Shown: positions 8,000 through 16,930 of the stretch, in pieces
Layout: every line of letters starts with the position of its first letter
How positions within the stretch are numbered: the first letter of the stretch is position 1
Source: a virus
Lineage: Duplodnaviria > Caudoviricetes
Strand: one strand, 5' to 3'
Virus record (IMG/VR): IMGVR_UViG_3300044976_000008
Coordinates: 1 to 36,990 of that record
Length of the DNA stretch: 36,990 nucleotides
The notes under the pieces: generated by a model
Told to the model about the DNA's origin: nothing
Databases searched by the model: none
The model's input: the letters and a program-made list of their open reading frames with translations, nothing else
Translations under genes and position numbers: made by a program

Positions 8000-9748
8000 G
8001 TGACACTATCGAACACTGCTGTTCCACTATATTACGGGCGCTTTCGTGAAAAGGTTCTTTCTGGCGAGATTCCTGTCAACAAAGAGATTTCGCTTGAGAT
8101 GAACCGCATTGATGCGTTGATCGAAGACCCGGATGTCTACTACGACGATCAAGCCATCAACGGTTTTATCGCTTACTGTGAGAACGAGCTAACGCTCACA
8201 GATGGTACTGAGCTTCACTTGCTTGACTCGTTCAAAGTTTGGGCCGAACAACTTTTTGGCTGGTATTACTTCGTCACTCGACAAGTTTGGGAGCGCGGAG
8301 TTGACGGTCAGAAAGGTAAGTTCGTCGAGAAGACTGTAAAGAAGCGACTGATCACCAAACAATACATCATCACGGCGCGAGGTTCGGCCAAGTCTATGTA
8401 TGCTTCGTGTGTACAAAGCTTCTTTCTCAACATCGACAGCGAGACTACACACCAGATTACTACTGCACCAACCATGAAGCAAGCCGAAGAAGTAATGAGC
8501 CCTATTCGAACATCTATCACGCGCGCACGCGGGCCTTTGTTCAAGTTCCTTACTGAAGGATCGCTTCAGAACACAACCGGCTCTAAAGCAGATCGAGTTA
8601 AGCTTGCTTCTACCAAGAAGGGCATCGAGAACTTCTTGACCGGTTCTCTTCTTGAGATTCGCCCAATGTCAATCAACAAACTCCAAGGTCTAAGGCCTAA
8701 AGTTTCTACTGTTGACGAATGGCTTTCGGGTGATCTGAGAGAAGACGTGGTTGGTGCAATCGAACAGGGTGCTTCTAAGCTTGACGACTATCTTATCGTC
8801 GCAATTAGCTCAGAAGGCACGGTTCGTAACGGCTCGGGCGACACGATTAAGATGGAGCTAGCCGACATTCTCAAAGGTGAGTATCTGGCTCCACATGTGT
8901 CCATCTGGCATTACAAGTTGGACAAAGTCGAGGAAGTTAATGATCCCGAGCTTTGGATCAAGGCTAACCCCAACCTTGGTCTTACGGTCACGTTTGAGAC
9001 TTACGCACTAGATGTCGAGCGAGCCGAGAAAGCCCCTGCTGCTCGCAACGATATTCTGGCGAAACGCTTTGGTCTTCCGATGGAAGGCTACACATACTTC
9101 TTTACCTACGAAGAAACACTTCCAGTAGAAAGAAGACTAGATTTCCGCGGTCTTCCCTGTGCCATGGGCGCAGACCTTAGTCAGGGAGACGACTTTACTG
9201 CATTTACTTTCTTGTTCCCTTTGACCTCGGACGCTTTTGGAGTTAAAACCAGAAGCTATATTACTGAAAACACATTGAACAATCTTCCGAGCGCTTTGCG
9301 CTTCAAGTATGATCAGTTCCGTGCTGAAGGATCGCTTCAGATCATTGAAACCACTGTGTTGGACATGATGGATGTCTATGAGGATCTTGATAACCACATC
9401 ATGCAAATGAACTACGACGTTCGAGCCTTTGGTTTCGACCCGTATAACGCCAAAGAGTTCACCACACGTTGGGAGCTTGAGAATGGTCCTTATGCAATGG
9501 AGAAGGTCATTCAAGGCGCTCGCACTGAATCGGTTCCGCTTGGAGAGTTGAAGAAGCTTTCTGAGCAAGGTCTGCTTTTGTTTGATGAGGATCTGATGAG
9601 TTTCGGCATGGGTAATGCTATTACCATCGAAGACACAAACGGTAACCGCAAGCTTCTAAAGCGTCGTCACGAAGAAAAGATCGACAATGTGGCCGCTCTT
9701 ATGGACGCTTGGGTTGCATACAAACTCAACAAAGAAGCTTTCGAGTAA
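8000..9748 (+). CDS. terL: Terminase large subunit
   Basis: GGAGGTG RBS. Walker A-like IITARGSAKS, Walker B STVDEW, nuclease motifs GADLS and KIDNVAALMDA; lies upstream of the portal. Confidence 0.93.
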   Translation: MTLSNTAVPLYYGRFREKVLSGEIPVNKEISLEMNRIDALIEDPDVYYDDQAINGFIAYCENELTLTDGTELHLLDSFKVWAEQLFGWYYFVTRQVWERGVDGQKGKFVEKTVKKRLITKQYIITARGSAKSMYASCVQSFFLNIDSETTHQITTAPTMKQAEEVMSPIRTSITRARGPLFKFLTEGSLQNTTGSKADRVKLASTKKGIENFLTGSLLEIRPMSINKLQGLRPKVSTVDEWLSGDLREDVVGAIEQGASKLDDYLIVAISSEGTVRNGSGDTIKMELADILKGEYLAPHVSIWHYKLDKVEEVNDPELWIKANPNLGLTVTFETYALDVERAEKAPAARNDILAKRFGLPMEGYTYFFTYEETLPVERRLDFRGLPCAMGADLSQGDDFTAFTFLFPLTSDAFGVKTRSYITENTLNNLPSALRFKYDQFRAEGSLQIIETTVLDMMDVYEDLDNHIMQMNYDVRAFGFDPYNAKEFTTRWELENGPYAMEKVIQGARTESVPLGELKKLSEQGLLLFDEDLMSFGMGNAITIEDTNGNRKLLKRRHEEKIDNVAALMDAWVAYKLNKEAFE

Positions 9749-9758
9749 AGGAGCAATA

Positions 9759-10022
9759 ATGCAGCGCGTTAAACTTACCGGAATTAAGCAGGACTCCCGA
9801 GGTGCGACTTACTACAAGCTTGTCCGAGTCGACAGTGCCGACAACGTGATCGATGACGAGCAGGCACTCGCGTTTCTCGAGTTCGACGAGCAGGCATCGG
9901 CTCCGGCAGCTCCGGCCGCCAACGCCGTTCGTCTCTACGCCGAGGACAACGGATCTGGAAAGACACGCATCGTTGCTAAGTTCGCCAGCGGCGCTAATGT
10001 GGTTCTTGGCACTCAGGCTTAA
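9759..10022 (+). CDS. Small hypothetical protein between terminase and portal
   Basis: ATG 9759 after AAGGAG. The C-terminus (APAANAVRLYAEDNGSGKTRIVAKFASGA) resembles fibre-tip segments. Confidence 0.65.
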   Translation: MQRVKLTGIKQDSRGATYYKLVRVDSADNVIDDEQALAFLEFDEQASAPAAPAANAVRLYAEDNGSGKTRIVAKFASGANVVLGTQA

Positions 10023-10060
10023 TCTCTTAAGTAACTCTTATAGATCGAGGAGGTGATTGT

Positions 10061-11335
10061 ATGGGTAGACTTACTGATCGCTTGAAGCATGCTTGGAACT
10101 CGTTTTCAGAAGATGAAGAACGAGCTCCTCAGTACGCGCCAGGTGTTGGAGGCATAACTTCCTCCGCTCCTGACCGGCCAAGGTTCCGGATCTTCAGTGA
10201 AAGAACAATCATCTCTGCTATCTATACTAGAATCGCCATCGATGTCTCTAGTGTTCGAATTGAACACGTTCGTACTGATGACGATGGTATGTACACAGAG
10301 ACAATTAAGTCGGGGTTGAACGAGTGTCTTACTGTTGCTGGTAACATTGACCAGTCAGGAAGCCATATTCGTCGAGACATGGCTCTTACCCTTCTTAGCG
10401 AAGGTGTAATGGTCGTTCTCCCAGTCAATACGACGATGGATCCCACAAGCTCCGGCAACTGGGACATCAAAGACATGCGAATTGGCACCGTTGTTCAGTG
10501 GAAGCCGCAACACGTCCAAGTTCGTGCCTACAACGAGAAGACCGGCCAGCGAGAAGACATCTGGGTTCCAAAGAACATCGTAGCAATTATCGAGAACCCG
10601 TTCTACTCGGTCATGAATGAGCCAAACTCGACTCTTCAGAGACTAGTTCATAAGCTCAGCTTGATGGATAACATCGACGAGATCTCGAGCAAGGGCAAAC
10701 TCGATCTGATTATTCAACTTCCGTATGTCGTCAAGTCTGAAGCTCGCAAGACTCAGGCTGAAAAGCGACGGAAGGACATTGAAGATCAGCTTACTGGAAG
10801 CACGTATGGTATTGCCTATGCTGACGGTACCGAGAAGATCACTCAGCTTAACCGGGCGGTTGAGAACCGACTTCTTGAGCAGGTCCAGTACCTGCAAGAG
10901 CAGTTGTTCAATGAGCTGGGACTTACTGCGGCTATCATGAATGGTACGGCAGATGATACTGCCATGCTTAACTATATGAACCGTACAGTTGAGCCAATTC
11001 TGGATGCCATTGTCGAGGGTATGGCAATGAAGTTCCTCACTAAGACAGCTCGCACTCAAGGCCAGACCTTGATGTACTTCCAGACTCCGCTGAAGATGAT
11101 CCCAGTAAGTCAGCTTGCTGACATTGCTGACACTCTCAGTCGCAACCAGATCGCAACACCTAACGAGCTTAGGCCAGCCATTGGTCTTAAGCCTTCTCCT
11201 GAGCCACAAGCTAACCAGTTGGTCAACAGCAACATGCCGTTGGATCAACAGATTACTAGTGATCCTCAGCCACAAATTAGTGAGGAAGAGGCGAAACTGA
11301 ATGCGGACATTAAGGCTTTAGGAATCGAGGTCTGA
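10061..11335 (+). CDS. Portal protein
   Basis: GAGGAGGTG RBS. 424 aa between terminase and protease; motifs IISAIYTRIAIDVS, GKLDLIIQLPY, TPNELR. Confidence 0.9.
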   Translation: MGRLTDRLKHAWNSFSEDEERAPQYAPGVGGITSSAPDRPRFRIFSERTIISAIYTRIAIDVSSVRIEHVRTDDDGMYTETIKSGLNECLTVAGNIDQSGSHIRRDMALTLLSEGVMVVLPVNTTMDPTSSGNWDIKDMRIGTVVQWKPQHVQVRAYNEKTGQREDIWVPKNIVAIIENPFYSVMNEPNSTLQRLVHKLSLMDNIDEISSKGKLDLIIQLPYVVKSEARKTQAEKRRKDIEDQLTGSTYGIAYADGTEKITQLNRAVENRLLEQVQYLQEQLFNELGLTAAIMNGTADDTAMLNYMNRTVEPILDAIVEGMAMKFLTKTARTQGQTLMYFQTPLKMIPVSQLADIADTLSRNQIATPNELRPAIGLKPSPEPQANQLVNSNMPLDQQITSDPQPQISEEEAKLNADIKALGIEV

Positions 11336-14151
11336 TGCCTAACGCTGATAACTATGATCCGGCAAAAGCTCATGCTTACTATGAGCGTACTAAAAAGCTA
11401 AAGGGGAAACGCCCCCGAAGCAAGGCTTGGGGATCTGGTGAAGCAGGTAAAGGAACCCCTATGACGGGAGTTAGGTCTCTAACGAGAACTACTCCCAAGT
11501 TCAATACTCCTTCTAAGCAGACTGCTGTCGCTTCGGCCACTGTTACCAGATTGAAGTCCAAAGTAGATACCTTAAGTGGAGAACTGAGCAAGGCCAAACA
11601 GGCTCTAAGCGAGAAACGCCAAGCTGCGCGTGAAGAGGAGAAGAACAACTCTGATGGTAAGTCGACTGTAAAAGAAAAGCAGGCGGCTAAAAAGTATAGG
11701 GATACTCACAAAGCTGAGATTGCTGCAAAGCAAAAAAGCGAAAGTACCTCCTCCGAATCTTCTTCTACTGGCGGTTATTCATCTATGAGCATACCCGATC
11801 TTACTGCTCGCATATCTAGTATTCAGAACGTATTAAGCGAAGCAAAAAGACAACTTGCAGAAGCAACAAGGTCATTGAGTCACTCGGCTCGTGATGACTT
11901 TATTGAACCTGATCTAAAGCTCGTAGATATTATGCTTCAGCATTCAACCAGCAGAAAGGATCCCGCCGTGGAAACAGCGGATTTCAGTGGCTATGCCACT
12001 CGGAACAACCTGAGGTGCAGCGACGGGCGAACTATTCTCGCTGGCGCCTTTGATCAGAACGACGGCGATGTCGTACCGTTGGTCTGGCAGCATGGACATG
12101 ACGAACCAACCAACGTGTTGGGCCACGTTAAGCTTGAGAAGCGTGAAGACGGCGTTTATGCCTATGCGTCGTTCAATGCTACTGCAGCTGGCCAGCATGC
12201 CAAGGAGATGGTGAAGCACGGTGACGTGAAGTTCCTCTCCATTTGGGCAAACCAACTCGTCGAGCGCGTTACTGACGCATCGACTCGTGCCAAGGATGTC
12301 ATCAAGGGTAATATTCGCGAGGTCAGCCTCGTGCTTGGTGGTGCCAATCCTGGTGCTTTCATCGACAACGTTGCCATTGCTCATGGTGACGGAGAGTTTG
12401 AGACCGTGTCAGACGAAGCCTACATCACTACGGGCGACGAAATTGATCCGGACCCGGCTCTTTCCCACGCAGCCGAAGATGAAGAAACAGTTCAGGACGT
12501 CCTGGACACGCTCAGTGAGAAGCAGCAGAATGCTGTGAACTATCTTCTCTCACAGGCTCTTGTCTCAGCTGGTGGCTCGATCGAGCACAGTGACACCGCA
12601 GGCGATGACGAAGAAAGTTCGGAGGAAACTCCGGTCGAAGCTTCGTCTGATGACTCCGAGGTTTCAGAAGAGGTTGTTGACTCAGACGATTCCGAAGACG
12701 CCGGCAACACCGATGGATCTGACGATTCTGACGAATCCGAAGAGTCGCAGGACTCCGAGGACTCTGATGGTTCTGAAGGCTCCGACGATTCAGAAGCTGA
12801 GGCCGGCGATGCCGTCCAGCACACCGACAACCAGGAGGACAATAGCATGACGCACAACGTGTTCGACCAGGCGAAGGGCGGCACCCAGGGAGCTCGTCCG
12901 CAGGTCACCCTTTCGCACGACGATGTTCGAAGCATCGTTGAAGATGCCAAGAGGAATGGTTCACTCAAGCACGCTGTCGAAAACTTCATCGCCCACAACG
13001 GCGTGACGGTCGACGGTCAGCTCCAGCACGGTATCGAGAACATCGAGTACCTGTTCCCGGACGCCAAGACGCTCGAGAACTCGCCTCAGTTCGTTTCTCG
13101 CCGCATGGAGTGGGTGGACCACGTCCTGGGTTCAGTTCGTAAGAGCCCATTCTCCCGAATCAAGAGCATCACTGCTGACATCACGCCCGACGAGGCTCGT
13201 GCTCGTGGTTACGTGAAGGGCAACCTGAAGAACGAAGAGTTCTTCGAGATGTCGAAGCGAGAGACCACTCCTCAGACCATCTACAAGAAGCAGAAGCTGG
13301 ACCGTGACGACGTCATCGACATTGTCGACCTTGACGTGGTTACCTGGCTGAAGGCTGAGATGAAGGTCATGCTGGACGAGGAGCTCGCTGGAGCTATTCT
13401 CGTTGCTGACGGACGCTCCAACGGTCACGAAGACAAGATCATCGAGACCAAGATTCGTCCGATCGCGACCGACGCTGAACTGTATGCAACTACAGTTTAC
13501 GTCAACATGCTCGACAACAACTCCACGATCGAGGAGCTTGTGGATGCGGCTATTGCTCACCGCCGTTACTACAAGGGTTCGGGTACTCCGACGTTCTACA
13601 CCACTGAGGCCGTCATTTCCTCGTTCCTCACGGTCAAGGACAACTTCGGTCGTCGTCTCTACAACAACCTTACCGAGATCGCAGCGGTTCTTCGTGTGAA
13701 GGATGTTATCCCGGTCGAGGTCATGGAGCGCGACTCTACTCTCGTTGGTATCATGGTTAACCTCTCGGACTACACTCTTGGTGCAGACCGCGGCGGCCAG
13801 GCCACGATGTTCGACGACTTTGACCTGGACTACAACAAGCTGCTCTACCTGATCGAGACTCGCGTTTCTGGCGCTCTGACGATTCCGAAGTCGGCTCTTG
13901 TCTTCCGCCAGACCGCTTCGAATGCTGTGCTCGTGACTCCGACTGAGCCTGCGTTCGATGGTGACCAGATCACCGTCCCGACGATCACCGGTGTTACCTA
14001 CCACCAGGACACTTCAACTGGTACGACCATGACGACCGGTGCTCCGGTGGCTGTGGCCGATGGTGTGACCAAGCACGTTGTTGCGACGCCGAACTCTGGC
14101 TACTACTTCGCCAACAACGCGATCGACGAGTGGGACTTCACTGGAGAGTAA
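11335..14151 (+). CDS. Capsid polyprotein: basic N-domain + prohead protease + acidic linker + major capsid protein
   Basis: HK97-type protease motifs DFSGYAT, PLVWQH, LSI and IREVSLV..GANPGA. Asp/Glu/Ser linker, then a capsid domain from GIENIEYLFPDA, ending in an Ig-like C-terminal extension. Confidence 0.88.
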   Translation: MPNADNYDPAKAHAYYERTKKLKGKRPRSKAWGSGEAGKGTPMTGVRSLTRTTPKFNTPSKQTAVASATVTRLKSKVDTLSGELSKAKQALSEKRQAAREEEKNNSDGKSTVKEKQAAKKYRDTHKAEIAAKQKSESTSSESSSTGGYSSMSIPDLTARISSIQNVLSEAKRQLAEATRSLSHSARDDFIEPDLKLVDIMLQHSTSRKDPAVETADFSGYATRNNLRCSDGRTILAGAFDQNDGDVVPLVWQHGHDEPTNVLGHVKLEKREDGVYAYASFNATAAGQHAKEMVKHGDVKFLSIWANQLVERVTDASTRAKDVIKGNIREVSLVLGGANPGAFIDNVAIAHGDGEFETVSDEAYITTGDEIDPDPALSHAAEDEETVQDVLDTLSEKQQNAVNYLLSQALVSAGGSIEHSDTAGDDEESSEETPVEASSDDSEVSEEVVDSDDSEDAGNTDGSDDSDESEESQDSEDSDGSEGSDDSEAEAGDAVQHTDNQEDNSMTHNVFDQAKGGTQGARPQVTLSHDDVRSIVEDAKRNGSLKHAVENFIAHNGVTVDGQLQHGIENIEYLFPDAKTLENSPQFVSRRMEWVDHVLGSVRKSPFSRIKSITADITPDEARARGYVKGNLKNEEFFEMSKRETTPQTIYKKQKLDRDDVIDIVDLDVVTWLKAEMKVMLDEELAGAILVADGRSNGHEDKIIETKIRPIATDAELYATTVYVNMLDNNSTIEELVDAAIAHRRYYKGSGTPTFYTTEAVISSFLTVKDNFGRRLYNNLTEIAAVLRVKDVIPVEVMERDSTLVGIMVNLSDYTLGADRGGQATMFDDFDLDYNKLLYLIETRVSGALTIPKSALVFRQTASNAVLVTPTEPAFDGDQITVPTITGVTYHQDTSTGTTMTTGAPVAVADGVTKHVVATPNSGYYFANNAIDEWDFTGE

Positions 14152-14160
14152 GGGCAAACC

Positions 14161-14484
14161 ATGGCACGCTTTTACGGAAACATTGGATACGGCGTATCCG
14201 AAGAGACCGTGCAGGGTGTGTGGTCGGACGTGATCACCGAGCGAGCCTATTATGGAGATGTTCTCAATGATTTGCGTGCAACATCAGCGTCCGAGAAAGT
14301 TAACGACGATATTCGGTTGCAACACCGGATTTCGATCGTTGCCGATGCGTACGCATTAGGGAACTATCTTCAGATCAAGTACGTGGAGTGGGCGGGGTCT
14401 TTCTGGCGTGTCGAGTCAGTCGACGTGGAGAGGCCCCGCCTAATCCTCTCATTGGGAGGTGTATACAATGGGCCTAGACCGTAG
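14161..14484 (+). CDS. Head-to-tail stopper / head closure protein
   Basis: Position after the capsid gene; small beta-rich protein with ISIVADAYA..YVEWAG..WRVESV..RPRLILSLGGVYNG. Confidence 0.65.
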   Translation: MARFYGNIGYGVSEETVQGVWSDVITERAYYGDVLNDLRATSASEKVNDDIRLQHRISIVADAYALGNYLQIKYVEWAGSFWRVESVDVERPRLILSLGGVYNGPRP

Positions 14485-14779
14485 GCTGCTGTTTCATGAA
14501 GTCCTTGCGGACATTCTGGGCAGTGACAACGTATACTTTCAACCGCCTCCCAACTTGGTGATGCAGTATCCCTGCATCGTCTATGAACGTGATAACCAAT
14601 CTGTCAAAAGAGGCGATAACCTTGCCTATAACTGGAGACAGCGTTATCAAGTCACGTACATCGATCAAAACCCTGACGGTGATCCGATTGATGCACTTAC
14701 GGAGCTTCCGCTTAGTGCTTTTAGTCGCCACTTTGTAACGTCTGGCCTAAACCATGACGTTTTCTCGATCTACTACTAG
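14468..14779 (+). CDS. Tail terminator / completion protein
   Basis: ATG 14468 after GGGAGGT. Motif NVYFQPP...YPCIVY; directly precedes the major tail gene. Confidence 0.65.
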   Translation: MGLDRRLLFHEVLADILGSDNVYFQPPPNLVMQYPCIVYERDNQSVKRGDNLAYNWRQRYQVTYIDQNPDGDPIDALTELPLSAFSRHFVTSGLNHDVFSIYY

Positions 14780-14790
14780 GAGGAATTAGA

Positions 14791-15675
14791 ATGGCCCGAC
14801 TTACTTGGGATAACACCGGAGAGCGTCTGTACGAAACTGGCGTCGACCACGGTGTTCTTTACATCCCAGATGGGAACGGCGACTACACGAATGGTGTGGC
14901 CTGGAATGGTCTGACTACGGTCACTGAGTCACCTTCGGGTGCCGAAGCCACCGCTCTGTACGCCGACAACATCAAGTACCTGGACCTTCGGTCAGCCGAG
15001 GAATTCGGCGCAACGATCGAAGCCTTCACCTTCCCGGACGAGTTCTTGCAGTTCGATGGTGTTGCTTCGCCTAGCCCCGGCGTTCACGTCGGTCAGCAGT
15101 CGCGTAGCACCTTCGGTTTCTGCTACCGTACCAACGTCGGTAACGACATTGATGGTTCGGACTATGGCTACAAGCTGCACCTGATTTATGGTGCGACTGC
15201 GGCTCCGTCGGAGAAGGCTTACGCCACCATCAACGACTCACCCGAGGCGATCACCTTCTCGTGGGAGGTTGCAACGACTCCGGTTAGCGCCGGTGGATCG
15301 TTGAAGCCTACTGCTCAGCTGATTATCGACTCGACGAAGGTTGATCCTGCGGATCTCACAACTCTGGAAGACCTGCTTTACGGTCAGTCCGGTAACCCGC
15401 AGCTTCCTTCGCCGGCGTCGGTCATTGCCATCTTTGGCGCTGGTGTTACCACCGTCGACCTTGGTGTGCTCGCCAACCAGCCATCGTACGTCTCTGGTAC
15501 CCACATTATCACCCTGCCTTCCGTCACTGGTGTGCAGTGGAAGATCAACGGTGTCAACAAGACTGCTGGTGCTCAGCCGGCGCTTACCACTGGTCAGGTT
15601 GCCGAGGTTACGGCACACCCATCCAGTGCCAGCTACGTCTTGACTGGCGACACCGAGTGGGTCTACAACTACTAA
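14791..15675 (+). CDS. Major tail (tube) protein
   Basis: AGGAGG RBS. RLTWD..YETGVDHGVLY..AWNGLT..LYADNIKY; codon usage looks like that of the capsid gene; Ig-like C-terminal extension. Confidence 0.88.
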   Translation: MARLTWDNTGERLYETGVDHGVLYIPDGNGDYTNGVAWNGLTTVTESPSGAEATALYADNIKYLDLRSAEEFGATIEAFTFPDEFLQFDGVASPSPGVHVGQQSRSTFGFCYRTNVGNDIDGSDYGYKLHLIYGATAAPSEKAYATINDSPEAITFSWEVATTPVSAGGSLKPTAQLIIDSTKVDPADLTTLEDLLYGQSGNPQLPSPASVIAIFGAGVTTVDLGVLANQPSYVSGTHIITLPSVTGVQWKINGVNKTAGAQPALTTGQVAEVTAHPSSASYVLTGDTEWVYNY

Positions 15676-15700
15676 GCTCTAAAACAGAAGGGATTAGAGG

Positions 15701-16213
15701 ATGCTCACTATCGTTTTATCAGCTACCGATGACTCTGAAGCCATCGAGCTCAATTTTGAGCATTCTCTGATCTCTCTGTCAAAATGGGAGCAAAAGTACC
15801 AAAAACCGTTCTTCAGCGACAAACAAAAGACGCCTGAAGAAGGCGCAGCGTACATCAAGTGTATGCTTTTGAGTGAAAACATCCCCGATGAAATTCTCAA
15901 CAGACTTTCTCGAGACAATGTCAAACAGATCACGGACTACATTAACGACAAACAGTCGGCTACTTGGTTTAGAGAAACTCCCAACCAGAGAAAAAGTAAT
16001 GAAACCATTACTTCAGAGTTGATTTATTACTGGTTGGTCCAGTTCAATATTCCTTTCGAAGTTCAAACTTGGCATTTGAATCGTCTTATGACGTTAGTGA
16101 AAATTGCTGGAATCAAGCAAACTAAACCAAAGCCTATGAGCAAGGCGCAACAAGCGGAAGAGTATCGTCGTCTAAACGCTGAGCGTCGAGCTGCACTAGG
16201 TACTACAGGATAG
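15701..16213 (+). CDS. Putative tail assembly chaperone
   Basis: Follows the major tail gene. Motifs EHSLISLSKWE, ITSELIYYW and WHLNRLMTL. Function inferred from position. Confidence 0.55.
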   Translation: MLTIVLSATDDSEAIELNFEHSLISLSKWEQKYQKPFFSDKQKTPEEGAAYIKCMLLSENIPDEILNRLSRDNVKQITDYINDKQSATWFRETPNQRKSNETITSELIYYWLVQFNIPFEVQTWHLNRLMTLVKIAGIKQTKPKPMSKAQQAEEYRRLNAERRAALGTTG

Positions 16214-16225
16214 GATGGAGTTACT

Positions 16226-16930
16226 GTGCCAACTTACACTAAGGTCCACACGGACTGGCAAGACTACCCGTCGACAACTACTCCGATTCTTGCTGCAGAC
16301 CTTGAGCAGATGGAAGAGGGTATCTTCCAGGCCTCGCGTGCAGCTACCACAACTCAAGACGGAAACGTTGAACTCGCAACACCAGCTGAAATGACCGCTG
16401 GTACTGATACTGCTAGAGTTCCTGCCGTCAAGACGGTTGCCGACTATGTCATTGCCGCAACAAGCGGTCTGGGTGGAAGTCTCGATGCAGATTTGGTTGC
16501 GATTGCCGCTTTGGCTCCAGCCAATGACGACGTCATTCAGCGTAAATCTGGAGTGTGGACTAACCGCACCATGGCCCAGGTTAAGACCGACATGGCTCTT
16601 AACAACGTATCCAACACTTCGGATGCAACCAAGTGGTCTGCAACAGCTACGCTCACCAATAAGGCTATTGACGGTGTAACTAACACCCTGACCAACATTC
16701 CACAAGCATCAGTTACTGGACTTGAGTCTGCTGTGGCCGATATTCCTGCTCCTGAAGGAATCATGCGCTTCGTCAAGTGGACGGGATCTGCATATCCTAA
16801 CCGGTCAGCATCTGGAACTACCGATCCGACGGTTCCTGTGTTTTGGCTTGAAGGAAACGGTCCGGCTATTACTGGTAGTGGTTCCACTGGGGCAATTACT
16901 GGCGTCGACTACTGGGTGAGGACTACATGA
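16226..16930 (+). CDS. Fibre-like accessory tail protein
   Basis: N-terminal WQDYPSTTTPILAADLEQMEEGI attachment-type motif. Shares GNVELAT..AGTDTAR and LDADLVAIAAL modules with the 2841 protein. Confidence 0.65.
   Translation: MPTYTKVHTDWQDYPSTTTPILAADLEQMEEGIFQASRAATTTQDGNVELATPAEMTAGTDTARVPAVKTVADYVIAATSGLGGSLDADLVAIAALAPANDDVIQRKSGVWTNRTMAQVKTDMALNNVSNTSDATKWSATATLTNKAIDGVTNTLTNIPQASVTGLESAVADIPAPEGIMRFVKWTGSAYPNRSASGTTDPTVPVFWLEGNGPAITGSGSTGAITGVDYWVRTT

Noticed and set aside
13132-14004. Long minus-strand ORFs (also 3876-4526, 10643-11275, 24279-25085, 5085-5585)
   Set aside because: They are antisense shadows of well-supported + strand genes caused by codon bias, with no recognisable motifs.
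15701-16230. Programmed frameshift of the tail chaperone (lambda G/GT type)
   Set aside because: No overlapping second-frame ORF or convincing slippery heptamer near the gene end, and the next gene has its own RBS and looks like a fibre.
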